Shown here one piece after another: positions 16,232-25,995 of a stretch of 55,062 nucleotides of DNA (within the stretch, counting starts at the first letter, position 1; each line of letters begins with the position of its first letter). Position numbers and translations under genes: made by a program. The DNA is from Cyclobacteriaceae bacterium (GTDB lineage Bacteria; Bacteroidota; Bacteroidia; Cytophagales; Cyclobacteriaceae), in the NCBI GenBank assembly GCA_040882305.1, contig JBBEBN010000386.1, positions 1 through 55,062 on the forward strand, read 5' to 3'. The notes under the pieces are model-generated. The model did not search any database. It had not been told where the DNA came from and saw nothing but the letters and a program-made list of their open reading frames with translations.

Positions 16232-19093
16232 ATGCAGTTGTTTTTGTCAAAAATGATTATTGCTTTGAGAGACGAGTTGGAAAAAATTTTGCCCGCCAGT
16301 CGGGTTCGAACCAGGTATATTGATCTTGTTTCGTTTGCCTCGGATGCGGGGTTTTATTATCTCTTGCCTAAAGCGGTGGTTCAGCCTGTCAATGAATCCG
16401 AGATCACTGCGCTCTTTCATTTTTCTGTTTATCACAAGACCCCACTTGTCTTTCGGACAGGTGGAACGAGCCTCTCCGGGCAGTCCATCACGGATGGAAT
16501 ACTGGTCGATTTGAGCCAGTACTGGAACAGGGTAAAAGTTGAAGATGACGGCGCGCTGGTCCGGGTACAGCCAGGGATCACGGGTGCCATGGTGAACGCG
16601 CACCTGAAGAAGTACCGAACGAAGATCGGGCCGGATCCGTCCAGCATCAGCGCGGCCATGATGGGAGGGATCTTATCCAATAATTCCAGCGGCATGTGCT
16701 GCGGTGTAAAATTGAATTCCTACCACACGCTGAAATCCATTCGCTTTGTTCTGCCGGATGGGAAGATGTTCAATACTGAAGATCCCAACGACTATGTCCG
16801 TTTTGAAGATGAATGCCACCTTCTTAAGCAACGCCTGAAGGATATAAAACAACAGATCCTGACTGATAGGGAACTTTACAATAAGATCAGGAAGAAATAT
16901 CAGACTAAAACCACCATCGGGTATTCGCTGAACGCTTTCATTGATTACGAACGACCTTTGGATATTCTTGCCCATCTTTTGATCGGAGCTGAAGGGACGC
17001 TGGCTTTCATATCGGAAGCGGTGCTTCACACGGTGCCGGATTACCCTTTCAAGTCAACGGCCTTGCTTTATTTTCCGACCATATACGCCGCCTGCAAAGC
17101 AATCGTTCCGCTGACAGAGGCGGGGGCATTGATGGTTGAGCTAATGGACAGAGCTTCACTTCACGCGGTCGAAAACATGCCAGGTATGCCGTCCGTTGTA
17201 AAATCCCTGCATGAGGATGCATCCGCATTGCTTGTGGAATTCCAGGAAAACGCTCCTGAACTGCTTAATGAGCGTGTAAAACAGTTTGTCCTTTCCTCTG
17301 CCAATCTTTCTTTATTGAATCCTCCGGTTTTCACTACAGATCCGAAGGAACAGGATTTTTTCTGGAAAGTTCGCAAAGGGCTCTTTCCGGCAGTGGGGGC
17401 AGTGCGCAAAAGCGGGACGACGGTAATATTGGAGGACATTGCTTTTCCTGTCGAACTGCTGGGCGATGCCATCATCGATCTTCAGCGCCTCTTTCATAAA
17501 TACGAATACAACAACGCCATCATTTTCGGGCACGCAAAAGATGGCAATATTCACTTTGTTATTACCCAATCTTTCAACACGGAAAGTGAAATACTGAGGT
17601 ATGACCAATTCATGAAAGAGGTGATCAGGTTAGTGGTAGGTAAATACAATGGAACACTGAAGGCCGAACATGGCACGGGGCGCAACATGGCCCCTTTTGT
17701 TGAGATCGAATGGGGAGGGGAGGCTTATCAGATCATGAAGCGGATCAAGGACGCGATAGATCCGGCGAGCTTACTGAACCCGGGCGTTATCATCAATGAC
17801 GATAAAGATGCTCATATTAAATTCCTAAAAGGGCTTCCCACCGTGGAAGAAGAAGTTGACCGCTGTATTGAATGCGGTTATTGTGAGCATAAATGTCCCA
17901 GCCGTGATATCACGACCACACCGAGAAGGAGGATTGTTATCAGACGGATATTGCAGACTCTAAAGCGACAGGGAGATAAAGAGAAATACAAACTTCTTCT
18001 TGATCAATACCAGTACGATGGAAACGCCACCTGCGCCGTGGATGGCCTTTGCGCCATCGCATGCCCGGTCGATATCGACACAGGGGACCTGACGAAGAGG
18101 CTGCGGAATGAAAATCACTCCCTTTCAGCCAACCGGTTTGCTTTATCCATCGCACGGAATTTCAAAACGGCTGAATGGTTGGCGCGGTTCGGATTAAAGT
18201 GCGGGAGTGCAGTGAATAATGTTTTTGGAAAGAATGCAATGCTTCGACTGACGGCCGGACTTACGAAGCTCAGTCCTTCGATTCCCTTGTGGTCAGATCA
18301 TTTCCGTCTCCCGCCGAACCTTTCGGTACTTAAGAACAAGCGGGTGGAAACTGGACGCGGTACTGAACGGAACACGATCGTTTATTTTCCGGCCTGCATA
18401 TCCAGGGCAATGGGTACGTATGAAGGGAAGCAGAAAAATATCATGGAGACATTCATGAGCGTTTGTGAAAAATCCCGCATAGGGGTCATTATTCTGGACG
18501 ATGTTAAAGGAAGTTGTTGCGGACAGATCTTTTCCTCAAAGGGATTTAAAGAGGCACATCGGTATACAGCCAGTAGGATCATGGATAACTTATGGACGTC
18601 GAGCAGTGAAGGCACTTATCCTGTTGTGATGGATGTGAGTTCGTGTGTCTACACCCTGCGTCAGATGCGTCCTCTTCTCGATGAGGGTAACAAGCGGAAG
18701 TTCGATAATTTAACCATACTTGACAGTATCGACTTTTTGCATGATATGGTAATTCCTGCGGCTAACGTGAAGGTGCGAAGGCAAACCATTGTTCTCCATC
18801 CGGTCTGTTCCCTTGAAAAAATGAAGACTACGGATACGTTCTTGAAGGTTGCGAAACATTTTGCTCATGAGGTGACCATCCCGAGATCTGCCGGTTGTTG
18901 TGGCATGGCCGGAGACAGGGGATTTTTATTCCCCGAACTAACGGCTTCTGCCACCCACCACGAGGCGTCTGAAGTAAAACAAAAGGAATACGACGGATAC
19001 TACTCGTCGACAAGGACATGCGAAGTAGCTATGACAGATGCCGTGAAGCAGAATTATGAGTCGATTTTGTATCTGGTGGATGAGGCGATCTGA
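16232..19093 (+). CDS. FAD-binding and Fe-S-binding oxidoreductase (D-lactate dehydrogenase, Dld-II type)
   Basis: FRTGGTSLSGQS, GPDPSS, IGAEGTL, GHAKDGNIHF, KAEHGTGRNMAPF, CIECGYCEHKCP, CAVDGLCAIACP and CCG domains. Confidence 0.9.
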   Translation: MQLFLSKMIIALRDELEKILPASRVRTRYIDLVSFASDAGFYYLLPKAVVQPVNESEITALFHFSVYHKTPLVFRTGGTSLSGQSITDGILVDLSQYWNRVKVEDDGALVRVQPGITGAMVNAHLKKYRTKIGPDPSSISAAMMGGILSNNSSGMCCGVKLNSYHTLKSIRFVLPDGKMFNTEDPNDYVRFEDECHLLKQRLKDIKQQILTDRELYNKIRKKYQTKTTIGYSLNAFIDYERPLDILAHLLIGAEGTLAFISEAVLHTVPDYPFKSTALLYFPTIYAACKAIVPLTEAGALMVELMDRASLHAVENMPGMPSVVKSLHEDASALLVEFQENAPELLNERVKQFVLSSANLSLLNPPVFTTDPKEQDFFWKVRKGLFPAVGAVRKSGTTVILEDIAFPVELLGDAIIDLQRLFHKYEYNNAIIFGHAKDGNIHFVITQSFNTESEILRYDQFMKEVIRLVVGKYNGTLKAEHGTGRNMAPFVEIEWGGEAYQIMKRIKDAIDPASLLNPGVIINDDKDAHIKFLKGLPTVEEEVDRCIECGYCEHKCPSRDITTTPRRRIVIRRILQTLKRQGDKEKYKLLLDQYQYDGNATCAVDGLCAIACPVDIDTGDLTKRLRNENHSLSANRFALSIARNFKTAEWLARFGLKCGSAVNNVFGKNAMLRLTAGLTKLSPSIPLWSDHFRLPPNLSVLKNKRVETGRGTERNTIVYFPACISRAMGTYEGKQKNIMETFMSVCEKSRIGVIILDDVKGSCCGQIFSSKGFKEAHRYTASRIMDNLWTSSSEGTYPVVMDVSSCVYTLRQMRPLLDEGNKRKFDNLTILDSIDFLHDMVIPAANVKVRRQTIVLHPVCSLEKMKTTDTFLKVAKHFAHEVTIPRSAGCCGMAGDRGFLFPELTASATHHEASEVKQKEYDGYYSSTRTCEVAMTDAVKQNYESILYLVDEAI

Positions 19094-19119
19094 GCTATCT
19101 GACGGCTATTCGTCTCGTA

Positions 19120-20049
19120 CTAATTCAACTTCCACTGCAATTCCGGACTAACCACAAAGTGTCTTGTCAGTCCATCCGGGCGAATATCGCGCACAAGAAA
19201 CGGGACACCCGCGGTGATGCCGGCTTTTAATTTTCTGCCGACATTAACCCATGCGCTGGCCGTGATATTCATGGTCAGTCCTTTTGATCCCCTAATGGAA
19301 ATAGGTTGATTGCTGAAAGTGGGATCCTTATAGGTGTCGTCTGCAAGATGATAGATGCTCAATAGCCCGCCTTGCAAAAAAATGGCTGTGCCAAGCTGAC
19401 GGGAATACGTGAACCGCAACAGAGCATCACCCTTTCTGTTGAAGTCATTTGAGGGAGGGTATGCAACTGCCTCCGGCATGTCCCAATCCACTGGCAGGAA
19501 TTCATTGGCATTTTCTCCGGACAGGGGTTGTTGCCATCCCAGGGAAATGATCCATCTGCGATTCATGAACGATATTCCCGAGATGATGTCAACCGTTCCG
19601 AGGCTGCTTTGATACACCATCGGCAAACCAAGCCCATCTTTTTCCAGCGAAGATTGGTCAAGAGGAATTTTTGACGCAATCATTCCGGTAACTTTCCAGC
19701 TACCCGATGTCGGCGACGTATAGATACCCGCGATGTAAAGATCCCCCGGTCCGGATACGGAAGCCAGATTTCCTGAAGCGTAATTCCAGGTGACCTTTGT
19801 TTGAATTCCCCATCGCTCAGAGAACTGATGGTCATATTGTAAACCCGGCGTAAAGTTGCGCACTTCTTCGTCACCAATGCCGAATGGCAGCGCCACCTGT
19901 AACTTGCTCCCACTGACTGAATCCGTAACCTGATGTTTAAGGCTTCCGAAAGAGCAAAAGCCGGCATCGCTGCAACCCTGCGCCCAGCCTGTGTTGAAAC
20001 GCACAACTGCCGTCAGGTATATCAGGAAAAATGCCGCGCGGTGGATCAT
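19120..20049 (-). CDS. Uncharacterised outer-membrane beta-barrel-like protein with an N-terminal CSDAGFC motif
   Basis: Signal peptide ending WA-Q, then QGCSDAGFCS, alternating beta-strand pattern, aromatic residue near the C-terminus (LQWKLN). Confidence 0.65.
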   Translation of the reverse strand: MIHRAAFFLIYLTAVVRFNTGWAQGCSDAGFCSFGSLKHQVTDSVSGSKLQVALPFGIGDEEVRNFTPGLQYDHQFSERWGIQTKVTWNYASGNLASVSGPGDLYIAGIYTSPTSGSWKVTGMIASKIPLDQSSLEKDGLGLPMVYQSSLGTVDIISGISFMNRRWIISLGWQQPLSGENANEFLPVDWDMPEAVAYPPSNDFNRKGDALLRFTYSRQLGTAIFLQGGLLSIYHLADDTYKDPTFSNQPISIRGSKGLTMNITASAWVNVGRKLKAGITAGVPFLVRDIRPDGLTRHFVVSPELQWKLN

Positions 20050-20345
20050 GCTTTAATGTAAATCATTTAGGATGTCATCGCCATATTGCCCGCGGCGGCA
20101 GGAGCATGTTATTTCTGACCACAAATTGTCAACCCGTCGGGGGATCCTCTTCGCCATGTCATAACAATAACGTTTGCAAACCGTTCAATCACCCGGAGGC
20201 TACCTACGGCCAGTTAAAGTTAAAAAATCATAGGGAAACAGAAACTTTAATTGCTGCAATTTTTGGTTGTTCGTTTTATGCGGAGAGAAGGCGGGACGGT
20301 TTTTGCATCTCCTTTTTCCGCTATATTCGCAGCCAGAAGTGTCTT

Positions 20346-21572
20346 ATGAGATCCAATTCGCAGGTTGCCGATGAACCGGTTGCAAGAGAAGCAGTTCAAA
20401 AAACCGTTTTCCCTGTCATTTTTGCCATCAGTTTTGCCCATTTGCTCAATGACATGATGCAATCGGTCATTCCTGCTGTCTACCCGTTGATAAAAGATGA
20501 ATTCAGTCTTTCCTTTACAGAGATCGGACTCATCACCCTGACCTTCCAACTGACGGCCTCCCTGCTGCAGCCATTTGTCGGCTTGTACACTGACAAAAAT
20601 CCATTTCCCATGTCTCTTCCGGTGGGAATGGCATTCACCTTTGCCGGTTTGTTATTGTTTTCCATTTCCGACAGTTTTGCCGTATTGCTGTTATCTGTAG
20701 CGTTGATAGGAGTAGGATCCGCCGTCTTCCACCCGGAATCGTCACGCGTTGCGCATTTGGCTTCGGGAGGTAGAAAAGGATTGGCACAATCTATTTTCCA
20801 GGTAGGTGGAAATGCAGGAAGCTCCATAGGCCCGTTGCTGGCGGCGCTGATCGTGATGCCTTTTGGCATGAAGGGTGTCACCTGGATTTCTTTGACCGCT
20901 GTAGTTGGTATTTTTCTGCTTTGGCAAGTGGGCAGGTGGTACGGCAATCATCTGTACCTGAAACGAACGCGCCCTGTTTCTCAGAAGGAATTGAAAAAAC
21001 CTTTGCTTTCCAGACGCCGCATCATCACAGCCATCTTTGTTCTGCTCCTTCTGATCTTCTCCAAATATTTTTACCTGGCGAGCATGACCAGTTACTTTAC
21101 ATTCTTTCTCATGGGTAAATTCCAGGTGACAGCACAGCAGTCGCAGATCTACCTCTTCGTTTTTCTCGCTGCAGTAGCCGTTGGAACGATCATCGGCGGG
21201 CCGGTGGGCGACCGGTTTGGCCGCAAGTATGTGATCTGGTTTTCCATTCTCGGCGTGGCGCCCTTCGCGCTGCTTTTACCCTACGTTAGTTTGCTCTGGA
21301 CGATCGTTCTGGCAGGTGTCATCGGCATCATCCTTGCATCCGCGTTCTCGGCAATTCTCGTATACGCAACAGACCTTGTTCCGGGAAAAGTAGGCACTAT
21401 CGCTGGGCTGTTCTTCGGCCTCGCCTTTGGAATGGGTGGCCTCGGATCGGCTGTCCTGGGAAATTTGGCAGACCACACCAGCATTGAATTTGTTTTCAGA
21501 CTTTGTGCTTTCTTGCCGCTGATCGGTATTGTGACAGGTTTGCTTCCGAATGTGGAGCATAAACAAGGATAG
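20346..21572 (+). CDS. fsr: MFS transporter, fosmidomycin-resistance (Fsr) family
   Basis: ISFAHLLNDMMQS, ASLLQPFVG, SAVFHPESSRVA, GRKGLAQSIFQVGGNAG, GDRFGRK. The ORF-track N-terminal 105 aa look spurious; start taken as ATG 20346. Confidence 0.88.
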   Translation: MRSNSQVADEPVAREAVQKTVFPVIFAISFAHLLNDMMQSVIPAVYPLIKDEFSLSFTEIGLITLTFQLTASLLQPFVGLYTDKNPFPMSLPVGMAFTFAGLLLFSISDSFAVLLLSVALIGVGSAVFHPESSRVAHLASGGRKGLAQSIFQVGGNAGSSIGPLLAALIVMPFGMKGVTWISLTAVVGIFLLWQVGRWYGNHLYLKRTRPVSQKELKKPLLSRRRIITAIFVLLLLIFSKYFYLASMTSYFTFFLMGKFQVTAQQSQIYLFVFLAAVAVGTIIGGPVGDRFGRKYVIWFSILGVAPFALLLPYVSLLWTIVLAGVIGIILASAFSAILVYATDLVPGKVGTIAGLFFGLAFGMGGLGSAVLGNLADHTSIEFVFRLCAFLPLIGIVTGLLPNVEHKQG

Positions 21573-21728
21573 TCTCATGTGGATGTGGACCTTTCAACGT
21601 CCCTGGTGTGGATTCCGACTGTTTTTTTGTAACCGGGTGACTTATTAAAAACATATTGTACGACTTATGGATGCTTATTGGATATATTGCGTGGTGCAAT
21701 TGGATCATATTTCTATTGCCCAAGCCCG

Positions 21729-22799
21729 ATGAAAGATGAAGCAATCATTGATTTAGCGAAGAGATTTAAAGAAAACCCCCTCATCTCACCTTCAGATGTA
21801 AAGCCTACCAGCAGTGAGATGAAAGTGGAGGGTATTCTTAATCCCGGCGTGTTCAGCTTCAACAGAAAGATATGGTTGTTGATTCGCGTAGCAGAGCGGC
21901 CGATACAAAAAGAAGGTTATGTGAGTCTTCCAATCTATGATGCAGAAGGCGATATCGAGATCCTGAAGTTTAAGAAAAATGACCCTGACCTGGATTTGAA
22001 AGATCCAAGGGTGATACGTTATAAAGGCAACGATTACCTGCCAACGCTGTCTCATCTGCGTTTAATGTGCAGCGATGATGGCAAAGAGTTTTATCAACCG
22101 GAAGATTACCACCCGATCTTTGGCGAAGACCCTCTCGAGGCTTATGGCATCGAGGATTGCCGGATTACTGAAATAAATGGGATCTATAATCTGACCTATA
22201 CCATGGTTTCATCTTATGGCGTAGGCGTGGGGTTGATGCAGACCAGGGACTGGAAACGGTTTGAAAGGAAAGGTATGATCTTTCCCCCGCACAATACGGA
22301 TTGCGCGGTTTTTGAAAATAAGATCTGGGACAGGTACTTCGCGTTACACCGTCCCAGCAGCGCGCAACTCGGCGGAAATTATATATGGATTGCCCAATCG
22401 CCGGATCTCATCCATTGGGGACGTCACCATTGTCTGGCTGTCACCCGCCCGGGAATGTGGGACAGTGCCCGCATAGGCGCCGGATGTTCCCCGATCAGAA
22501 CACCAAAAGGATGGATCGTGATCTATCACGGGGCAGATGAAACTCAGCGGTATTGCCTCGGTGTCCTTTTGCTTGACCTTGATGATCCCGGCCACGTCAT
22601 TGCCCGCAGTGAATCTCCCATTATGGAACCCACTGAAGAGTATGAGCTAAAGGGACTATTGGGGAATGTCGTCTTTACCAATGGCCATATCGTTGTTGGT
22701 GACAAGATCAAGCTATACTACGGTGCAAGTGATCAGGTTATCTGCGGTGCGGAATTCTCAATTGAGGAAATACTTCATACGCTATCTGTGCAGCATTAA
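21729..22799 (+). CDS. Glycoside hydrolase family 130 (beta-1,2-mannobiose phosphorylase-like)
   Basis: RFKENPLI, LNPGV, RVAERP, YGIEDCRIT, ALHRPS, WDSARIGAG, IYHGAD, NVVF, YYGASD five-bladed propeller motifs. Confidence 0.88.
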   Translation: MKDEAIIDLAKRFKENPLISPSDVKPTSSEMKVEGILNPGVFSFNRKIWLLIRVAERPIQKEGYVSLPIYDAEGDIEILKFKKNDPDLDLKDPRVIRYKGNDYLPTLSHLRLMCSDDGKEFYQPEDYHPIFGEDPLEAYGIEDCRITEINGIYNLTYTMVSSYGVGVGLMQTRDWKRFERKGMIFPPHNTDCAVFENKIWDRYFALHRPSSAQLGGNYIWIAQSPDLIHWGRHHCLAVTRPGMWDSARIGAGCSPIRTPKGWIVIYHGADETQRYCLGVLLLDLDDPGHVIARSESPIMEPTEEYELKGLLGNVVFTNGHIVVGDKIKLYYGASDQVICGAEFSIEEILHTLSVQH

Positions 22800-22989
22800 C
22801 CTGCCATCTGCGGGTTGGTTGAAAAGTTTGGGAAGTCTGAAAAGTCTGAAGGCTCCTTCCGGTTCTAATCTGGAAGGACTTGTACAATTGAACTTGAATG
22901 CGACATTCCCACCTTGTGAATTTTTAGTCCGCAAATTCCAAAAATGGCTAAAACATTTTTCGCTTCAGGGAGATCCTCGTGTAACAATT

Positions 22990-23244
22990 TCACGAACTAA
23001 CCCAGATAAACAGCCATGGGGAATTCAGCAGAATTAGATAAGTGCCCCCTATTAATACGGAAATGATCACGAATACTGTCACGTGCAGTTTTCTGTATTC
23101 CTTATGATGAAAATCGGCGAGGGCGTTTTCTGAACGATGTCTGACAGGTTTCACTAAAATTTCTTTGCTGTAATTTTTCTGACGCATTTTGATCTTGTTG
23201 CGTATCTCCATTGAAACATCGGGAAATTGTTCTATAAGATTCAT
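22990..23244 (-). CDS. Small hypothetical membrane protein
   Basis: 84 aa ORF with a C-terminal hydrophobic segment and AT-rich upstream sequence; no family recognised. Confidence 0.4.
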   Translation of the reverse strand: MNLIEQFPDVSMEIRNKIKMRQKNYSKEILVKPVRHRSENALADFHHKEYRKLHVTVFVIISVLIGGTYLILLNSPWLFIWVSS

Positions 23245-23887
23245 TTAATTTTGTTTTTCTAACGTAAAGGTGCTGAATTCCGATTCGGCCTGTTTTACGC
23301 CAAGCGTTTAACTTATATGTTTTACGGATTTGCGAGGAAATGGTTTTTTACCTGGTTTGATAGTCCAGGCGAAATGCCCCGTCACACTGGCTGCTTGCGA
23401 TTGCAGTGCCTTTTTCAGCCTTGCAAATTTCAGATGTGAAAGTATTGAAGCGCAATTGAACTGATGAAAAGCACATACTTCTGGTAGCCTTGGGGTTGCA
23501 CGAATGAGATCAGCCTTCTCTGGAGATCGACCAGTTATTTTTCGGTGCGAGAGGCATAGCGTTAAAATAATAGATCCGCAAAGACGGATTGATGATCAAC
23601 TTGCGGCCATGGGCCTTCTTTATCGTACTAAATGCGCTTTCCTTATATATATGGTTCATTTAGTAATATAACCATTAATAATCGCGAAGACTAATCTATG
23701 GAACAGGAACCGGACCATGCTGAATAACTTCCGCGAAAGGCATTCAAATTTGAATAAGACCTCATCCCGAAACCTGTGATTTATGCAATAGATGTATGTC
23801 GGAATGTAAGGGACTAACCGGCCGATTGGTCCATCTTTGGGAAGGAACCTTCTTTGTTATTAAAATTCAAATTAAATTATAACAGGT

Positions 23888-24202
23888 ATGCACCATAAGT
23901 ATGAGGTTAAAGAGCAGGATATGTTTGACCAGGTTTCTTACCCGGAGGTGATAAAGGAACTTGAGACTATAAACGAAAATACCCGCCGGATGTCCGGCAA
24001 CAATAAAAGTGACATCGTTATTTCCTTTTTGAAAGACCATTGCATAAATATGGATTGGGTTGAACGAAACCCGAAGTTGGTGAAATACATCACATCGCGT
24101 TCGCTGGTTACCGCGCACATCGAATCATTGTTTGAATCCTGTCGTGGTAATAGACCTTTCCTGAGCGGATTTGAGGCGTGCATTAGAAAACAACTGGAAT
24201 AA
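23888..24202 (+). CDS. Hypothetical protein (104 aa)
   Basis: A-rich upstream initiation region and protein-like composition; convergent with the radical SAM gene. Confidence 0.65.
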   Translation: MHHKYEVKEQDMFDQVSYPEVIKELETINENTRRMSGNNKSDIVISFLKDHCINMDWVERNPKLVKYITSRSLVTAHIESLFESCRGNRPFLSGFEACIRKQLE

Positions 24203-24218
24203 TTCCGTGTTGACTGGG

Positions 24219-25784
24219 TTAAGCCATTTTACCTGCTTTGACCTTTACCTTCAATTCAGGAGTGCTTTTATGCATGTATGCGTTCTGATCATGGTGCAGG
24301 GCTCCTTTGGGTAACCACTGAAACCAGATGCCAAGGTCTTTTTCAATAATGCTCCCGTAGAAGGGTGGAAGCTGCGTGGTTTCGCCTTCAAAATAAGCGC
24401 GGAAAGCCCGGTCTGTCTTGAGTTGCTTTCTTATCATTCTGTAAAACCGTATCCTTCCCTGACCCTCCGAAGAGATGGCGCGCATGAAATTCATCCACCT
24501 TGAAGTGAAATTGGAGGACGCGGCAAAGCGTTTAATCATGGCCTTCGTGGAGAATGTATATTCGGTAAGATCGATCACCTTGTCATAAAAATCCACCCAT
24601 TCATAATGTTTGGGTTTCAGGTTCATCGCAAGATGGTTATTCAAGAAATGAAATGGAAAGGGAAGCACCCGGTTCTCCCTTTGATATGCCAGGTTCAGCG
24701 GAGCTGCCTCTCCGAAAGAGGTAAGCAGGGAATAGCCTGGAAAAGCCCCCGGTGATTTATCCACAAAGCGTTTGGTCAATTCAAAAGGTTCATCGCCTGA
24801 ATCGCAATCAAGGCCAAGGACAAAATTGGTTTGTATATAAGGCACATAACGAAGGATCATATTGACCTGCTCTGACACCTGATCTAACTTGTCTTCCGCG
24901 CCCAGGTGGGCGGCCCTTGATTTGTTCCCCATATCGTACCATGATTCGATACCAGGCAACAAAGCCTTGAAGTTGTGTTCCTTCATCATTTTCAAATGAT
25001 CCTCGGTCAGGATCGATAAACTGCTTTCGGCAAGGAACTGAAAGCTTCCCGGAGGGGCTACAGTAGCAAATGCCTCCATATTTTCTTTAAAGCGGATCCC
25101 GAAGTTTGGATCCTGCCAGGCAACCATCGGCTTCTTGAATTTTGTAAGGAGGAACTTAAGGTCCTCCTTCATCGCGTCATAGCTAAGCTGCTGGTAGGGC
25201 ACCGTAGCATCGATACAAAAGGAACAGGTATAAGGGCAGCCTACGCTTCCCATCATCGGAATGAATTTTATGAAAGGCGCTTTCTTAAGCGTAGGCTCGA
25301 CAAATTTCCATCGCTCCCTCATGAGGGGATAATCAACGGGCTGGGTACCCGCCGAAAGGTGAATGCCTTTCGCGCGATGCGGGACACAATTGTCCAATAC
25401 CTCTTTAATGGTTGCCTTATGCGTGAGTCCCAGTACATAGTCGAAGTATTTAACGGAGTCGTCGGGATAGCAACGCGCATGCGGCCCCCCCAAAACGGTT
25501 ACAGCACCTTTACTTCTGAAATAGTTACTCAGCGCATAAGCGAGGAAAGCAGCCTGTGAAAAAGAGCATATAAAAACAACATCAACATTGTGCGGTAGTT
25601 CTTTGTCCAGCTTTTCGAGGCCCGTGTAACAAACAAAGGTCACATGATGCCCCTCCTGTTCACACCACGTTGCTACGATCTGAGGCATGATGCTGGCAAG
25701 ATTTGCATGCATGATTCTGGCCCAGAGTGTGTTGGTAGGACCTTTGCTAACAAGATCAATAATACCAATGTTTAATTTCCTCAT
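24219..25784 (-). CDS. B12-binding-domain radical SAM protein (class B methyltransferase-like)
   Basis: N-terminal domain with VLGGPHA; CxxxCxxC motif GCPYTCSFC; FVLGLDCD. Confidence 0.85.
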   Translation of the reverse strand: MRKLNIGIIDLVSKGPTNTLWARIMHANLASIMPQIVATWCEQEGHHVTFVCYTGLEKLDKELPHNVDVVFICSFSQAAFLAYALSNYFRSKGAVTVLGGPHARCYPDDSVKYFDYVLGLTHKATIKEVLDNCVPHRAKGIHLSAGTQPVDYPLMRERWKFVEPTLKKAPFIKFIPMMGSVGCPYTCSFCIDATVPYQQLSYDAMKEDLKFLLTKFKKPMVAWQDPNFGIRFKENMEAFATVAPPGSFQFLAESSLSILTEDHLKMMKEHNFKALLPGIESWYDMGNKSRAAHLGAEDKLDQVSEQVNMILRYVPYIQTNFVLGLDCDSGDEPFELTKRFVDKSPGAFPGYSLLTSFGEAAPLNLAYQRENRVLPFPFHFLNNHLAMNLKPKHYEWVDFYDKVIDLTEYTFSTKAMIKRFAASSNFTSRWMNFMRAISSEGQGRIRFYRMIRKQLKTDRAFRAYFEGETTQLPPFYGSIIEKDLGIWFQWLPKGALHHDQNAYMHKSTPELKVKVKAGKMA

Positions 25785-25995
25785 GTAATTATTGATTTGT
25801 ATAGGTGGTACTTAATGTGATGACAATATATGTATAAATAACTTGCCTTATGGTGGTTATGTGCGCCGTATTGAATTTGGTTTGGAATGGATAATCATAA
25901 TGGAGACCGCAAATTTGCGATATGGCATACCGCTTAACAGGCTGAAATCTCAAGGAATTCCCTTTAAATAACGGAAATATATTTTATCTTTAACC

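Noticed and set aside
20031-20345. 105-aa N-terminal extension of the Fsr ORF
   Set aside because: Overlaps the divergent gene's start, contains a promoter-like TATATTCG box and has non-protein-like composition.
22822-22885. Three imperfect 9-bp repeats (aaaagtYtg) and a TCCTTCC...GGAAGGA hairpin
   Set aside because: Too short and degenerate to support a function beyond a possible terminator or stability hairpin.
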